From the NCBI GenBank assembly GCA_963663475.2, contig CAXXJV010000001.1, forward strand, positions 576,001-640,000: a stretch of DNA of 64,000 bases. Direction: 5' to 3'. The notes beneath the pieces were generated by a model. It ran no database searches. It was not told the origin of the DNA and saw nothing but the letters and a program-made list of their open reading frames with translations. The DNA is from Candidatus Cloacimonadales bacterium. GTDB lineage: Bacteria > Cloacimonadota > Cloacimonadia > Cloacimonadales > JAFGVF01. The translations under genes and the position numbers were made by a program. Shown here one piece after another: positions 62,529-64,000 of the stretch; the first letter of the stretch is position 1; each line of letters starts with the position of its first letter.

Positions 62529-63962
62529 ATGGAGTTAAAGAAAATTCAAGCTATGATTGATGCTAAAGAAATCAAAGCTGTTGATTTGAAATATGCTGGT
62601 TTAGATGGAAGATGGTATCATATATCATTTCCAGCAGCTAGATTAGAGAGTGTTATTGAGCTAGGAGTTCCTTTTGATGGTTCAAGTATACCAGGCATGA
62701 AAGCAGTTGAATCAGGTGATATGGTTTTAATGCCAGACTTATCTTCTGCTCATATAGACCCAATTTCAGACTATGAATTTGAGGGAAAAGTATTAAGAAT
62801 TCTATGTTCAATCTGTGATGCAGAGACAAGAGTTGGTGTTAAAAAAGATCCCCGCTCAGTTGCTCTTAGAGCTCAGAAATATCTTGAATCAACTGGCATA
62901 GCTGATACTTCTTATTGGATTCCTGAATTTGAATTCCATATTTTTGATGATATAAAATATTCTAATAGTAACTTCAATGTATCTTGCCAAATCTCTTCCT
63001 CTGAAGACAAGCAGTGTTTCCCTCAAGACTGTCAAGATTATAACGGTCTTGCTCAATCTCACACAAAAGGCTACCATATGGATAATCCTCATGATAGATT
63101 CTATGGTTTACGTTTACAGATGTGTGAAATCATTGAAAGCTTAAACATAGATGTTAGATATAATCATCATGAAGTAGGCCTTTCTTCTCAACAAGAGATT
63201 GAGACAGAACTCTTAGCCTTCCCTAAAGCATGTGATGATACTAAGGTAATTAAAGATATTATCAGAAGAGTATCTCTTGAGAATGGTTTTACTGCTACCT
63301 TTATGCCAAAACCTATCTATAATGAAGCTGGCAATGGTATGCACTTCCATATGATGTTAAAAAAGAATGGCAAAAATATCTTCTGGAAAAAAGGTGGCTA
63401 TGCTGACCTTTCTGATGAAGCTATCTGGTTCATGAGAGGTATTTTGCTTCATGGCCGTTCTTTAGCTGCCTTTACTAATCCATCTACTAACTCTTATAAG
63501 AGATTATTACCTGGTTTTGAAGCTCCAACAAAACTCTTCTTTGGTTTAGCAAATAGATCAGCTGCTATTAGAATTCCTAAGTATGCAACTACTGAAGAAA
63601 CTAAAAGATTTGAATACCGTACAGGTGATGCTACCTGTAATCCTTACTTAGCAATGTCTGCTCTCCTACTTGCTGGTTTAGACGGTATAAATAGAAAGCT
63701 AGATGGTCAAGGACATAACTTCGGACCTCATGATGATAATGTCTTTAATTGGTCTGATGAAAGAAAAGCTACTATTGAATCTATTCCTGAAAACTTAGCA
63801 GGTGCTTTAGATGCTTTAGAAGCTGACCATGATTACCTCCTTGCTGGTGATGTCTTTAATAAGGAACTTATCGAGTCATTTATTGCCCTAAAACGTAAAG
63901 AAATTACTGAAGTTAATAACAGACCTCATCCAATGGAAATGGCCTTATATTATAATGTTTAA
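62529..63962 (+). CDS. glnA: Glutamine synthetase type I
   Basis: FDGSSIPG, HHEVG, ATFMPKP, GNGMHFH, NSYKRL.PGFEAP, NRSAAIRIP; ATG 62529 after GAGGAG. Confidence 0.95.
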   Translation: MELKKIQAMIDAKEIKAVDLKYAGLDGRWYHISFPAARLESVIELGVPFDGSSIPGMKAVESGDMVLMPDLSSAHIDPISDYEFEGKVLRILCSICDAETRVGVKKDPRSVALRAQKYLESTGIADTSYWIPEFEFHIFDDIKYSNSNFNVSCQISSSEDKQCFPQDCQDYNGLAQSHTKGYHMDNPHDRFYGLRLQMCEIIESLNIDVRYNHHEVGLSSQQEIETELLAFPKACDDTKVIKDIIRRVSLENGFTATFMPKPIYNEAGNGMHFHMMLKKNGKNIFWKKGGYADLSDEAIWFMRGILLHGRSLAAFTNPSTNSYKRLLPGFEAPTKLFFGLANRSAAIRIPKYATTEETKRFEYRTGDATCNPYLAMSALLLAGLDGINRKLDGQGHNFGPHDDNVFNWSDERKATIESIPENLAGALDALEADHDYLLAGDVFNKELIESFIALKRKEITEVNNRPHPMEMALYYNV

Positions 63963-64000
63963 ATAATAAATACATAATACTTAACCCCAATATTCTTGTA

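Overview
AT-rich chromosomal segment of an anaerobic diderm bacterium. FlgD-Ig/'YPNPFN'-tailed secreted proteins, LolA, LptE and the kdd-kamA lysine fermentation genes suggest Ca. Cloacimonadota; this is an inference. Most genes are housekeeping: addAB, eno, recN-nadK-rsgA, ftsK-lolA, ychF, fmt-def-yajC, znuABC, comM, efp, arcA, an RNase II/R-family nuclease, a CCA-adding enzyme, tyrS and glnA. The ORF track misses two selenocysteine (UGA) read-through genes. (1) A Sec-containing selD (43443-44492, SG-U-GAK) lies in an overlapping operon: sensor kinase, DUF296, cysteine desulfurase-like, selD, DUF3343, yedF. (2) A 621-aa exported, multi-Ig/Fn3, FlgD-tailed Omp28-like thioredoxin-fold protein (60134-58269, minus strand) has the active site W-U-G-Y-C-P, and its UGA is followed by an fdhF-like SECIS hairpin; this is the best candidate for something undescribed. 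The window also holds an EcoRV-like type II R-M pair, a parS site over the htrA start codon, a possible Zn-binding bL38/DUF4295-like small protein after efp, and two dispersed repeat families: a 59-bp perfect palindrome in three copies and an ACCC-terminated MITE family. No rRNA, tRNA, CRISPR array or intact transposase was seen.
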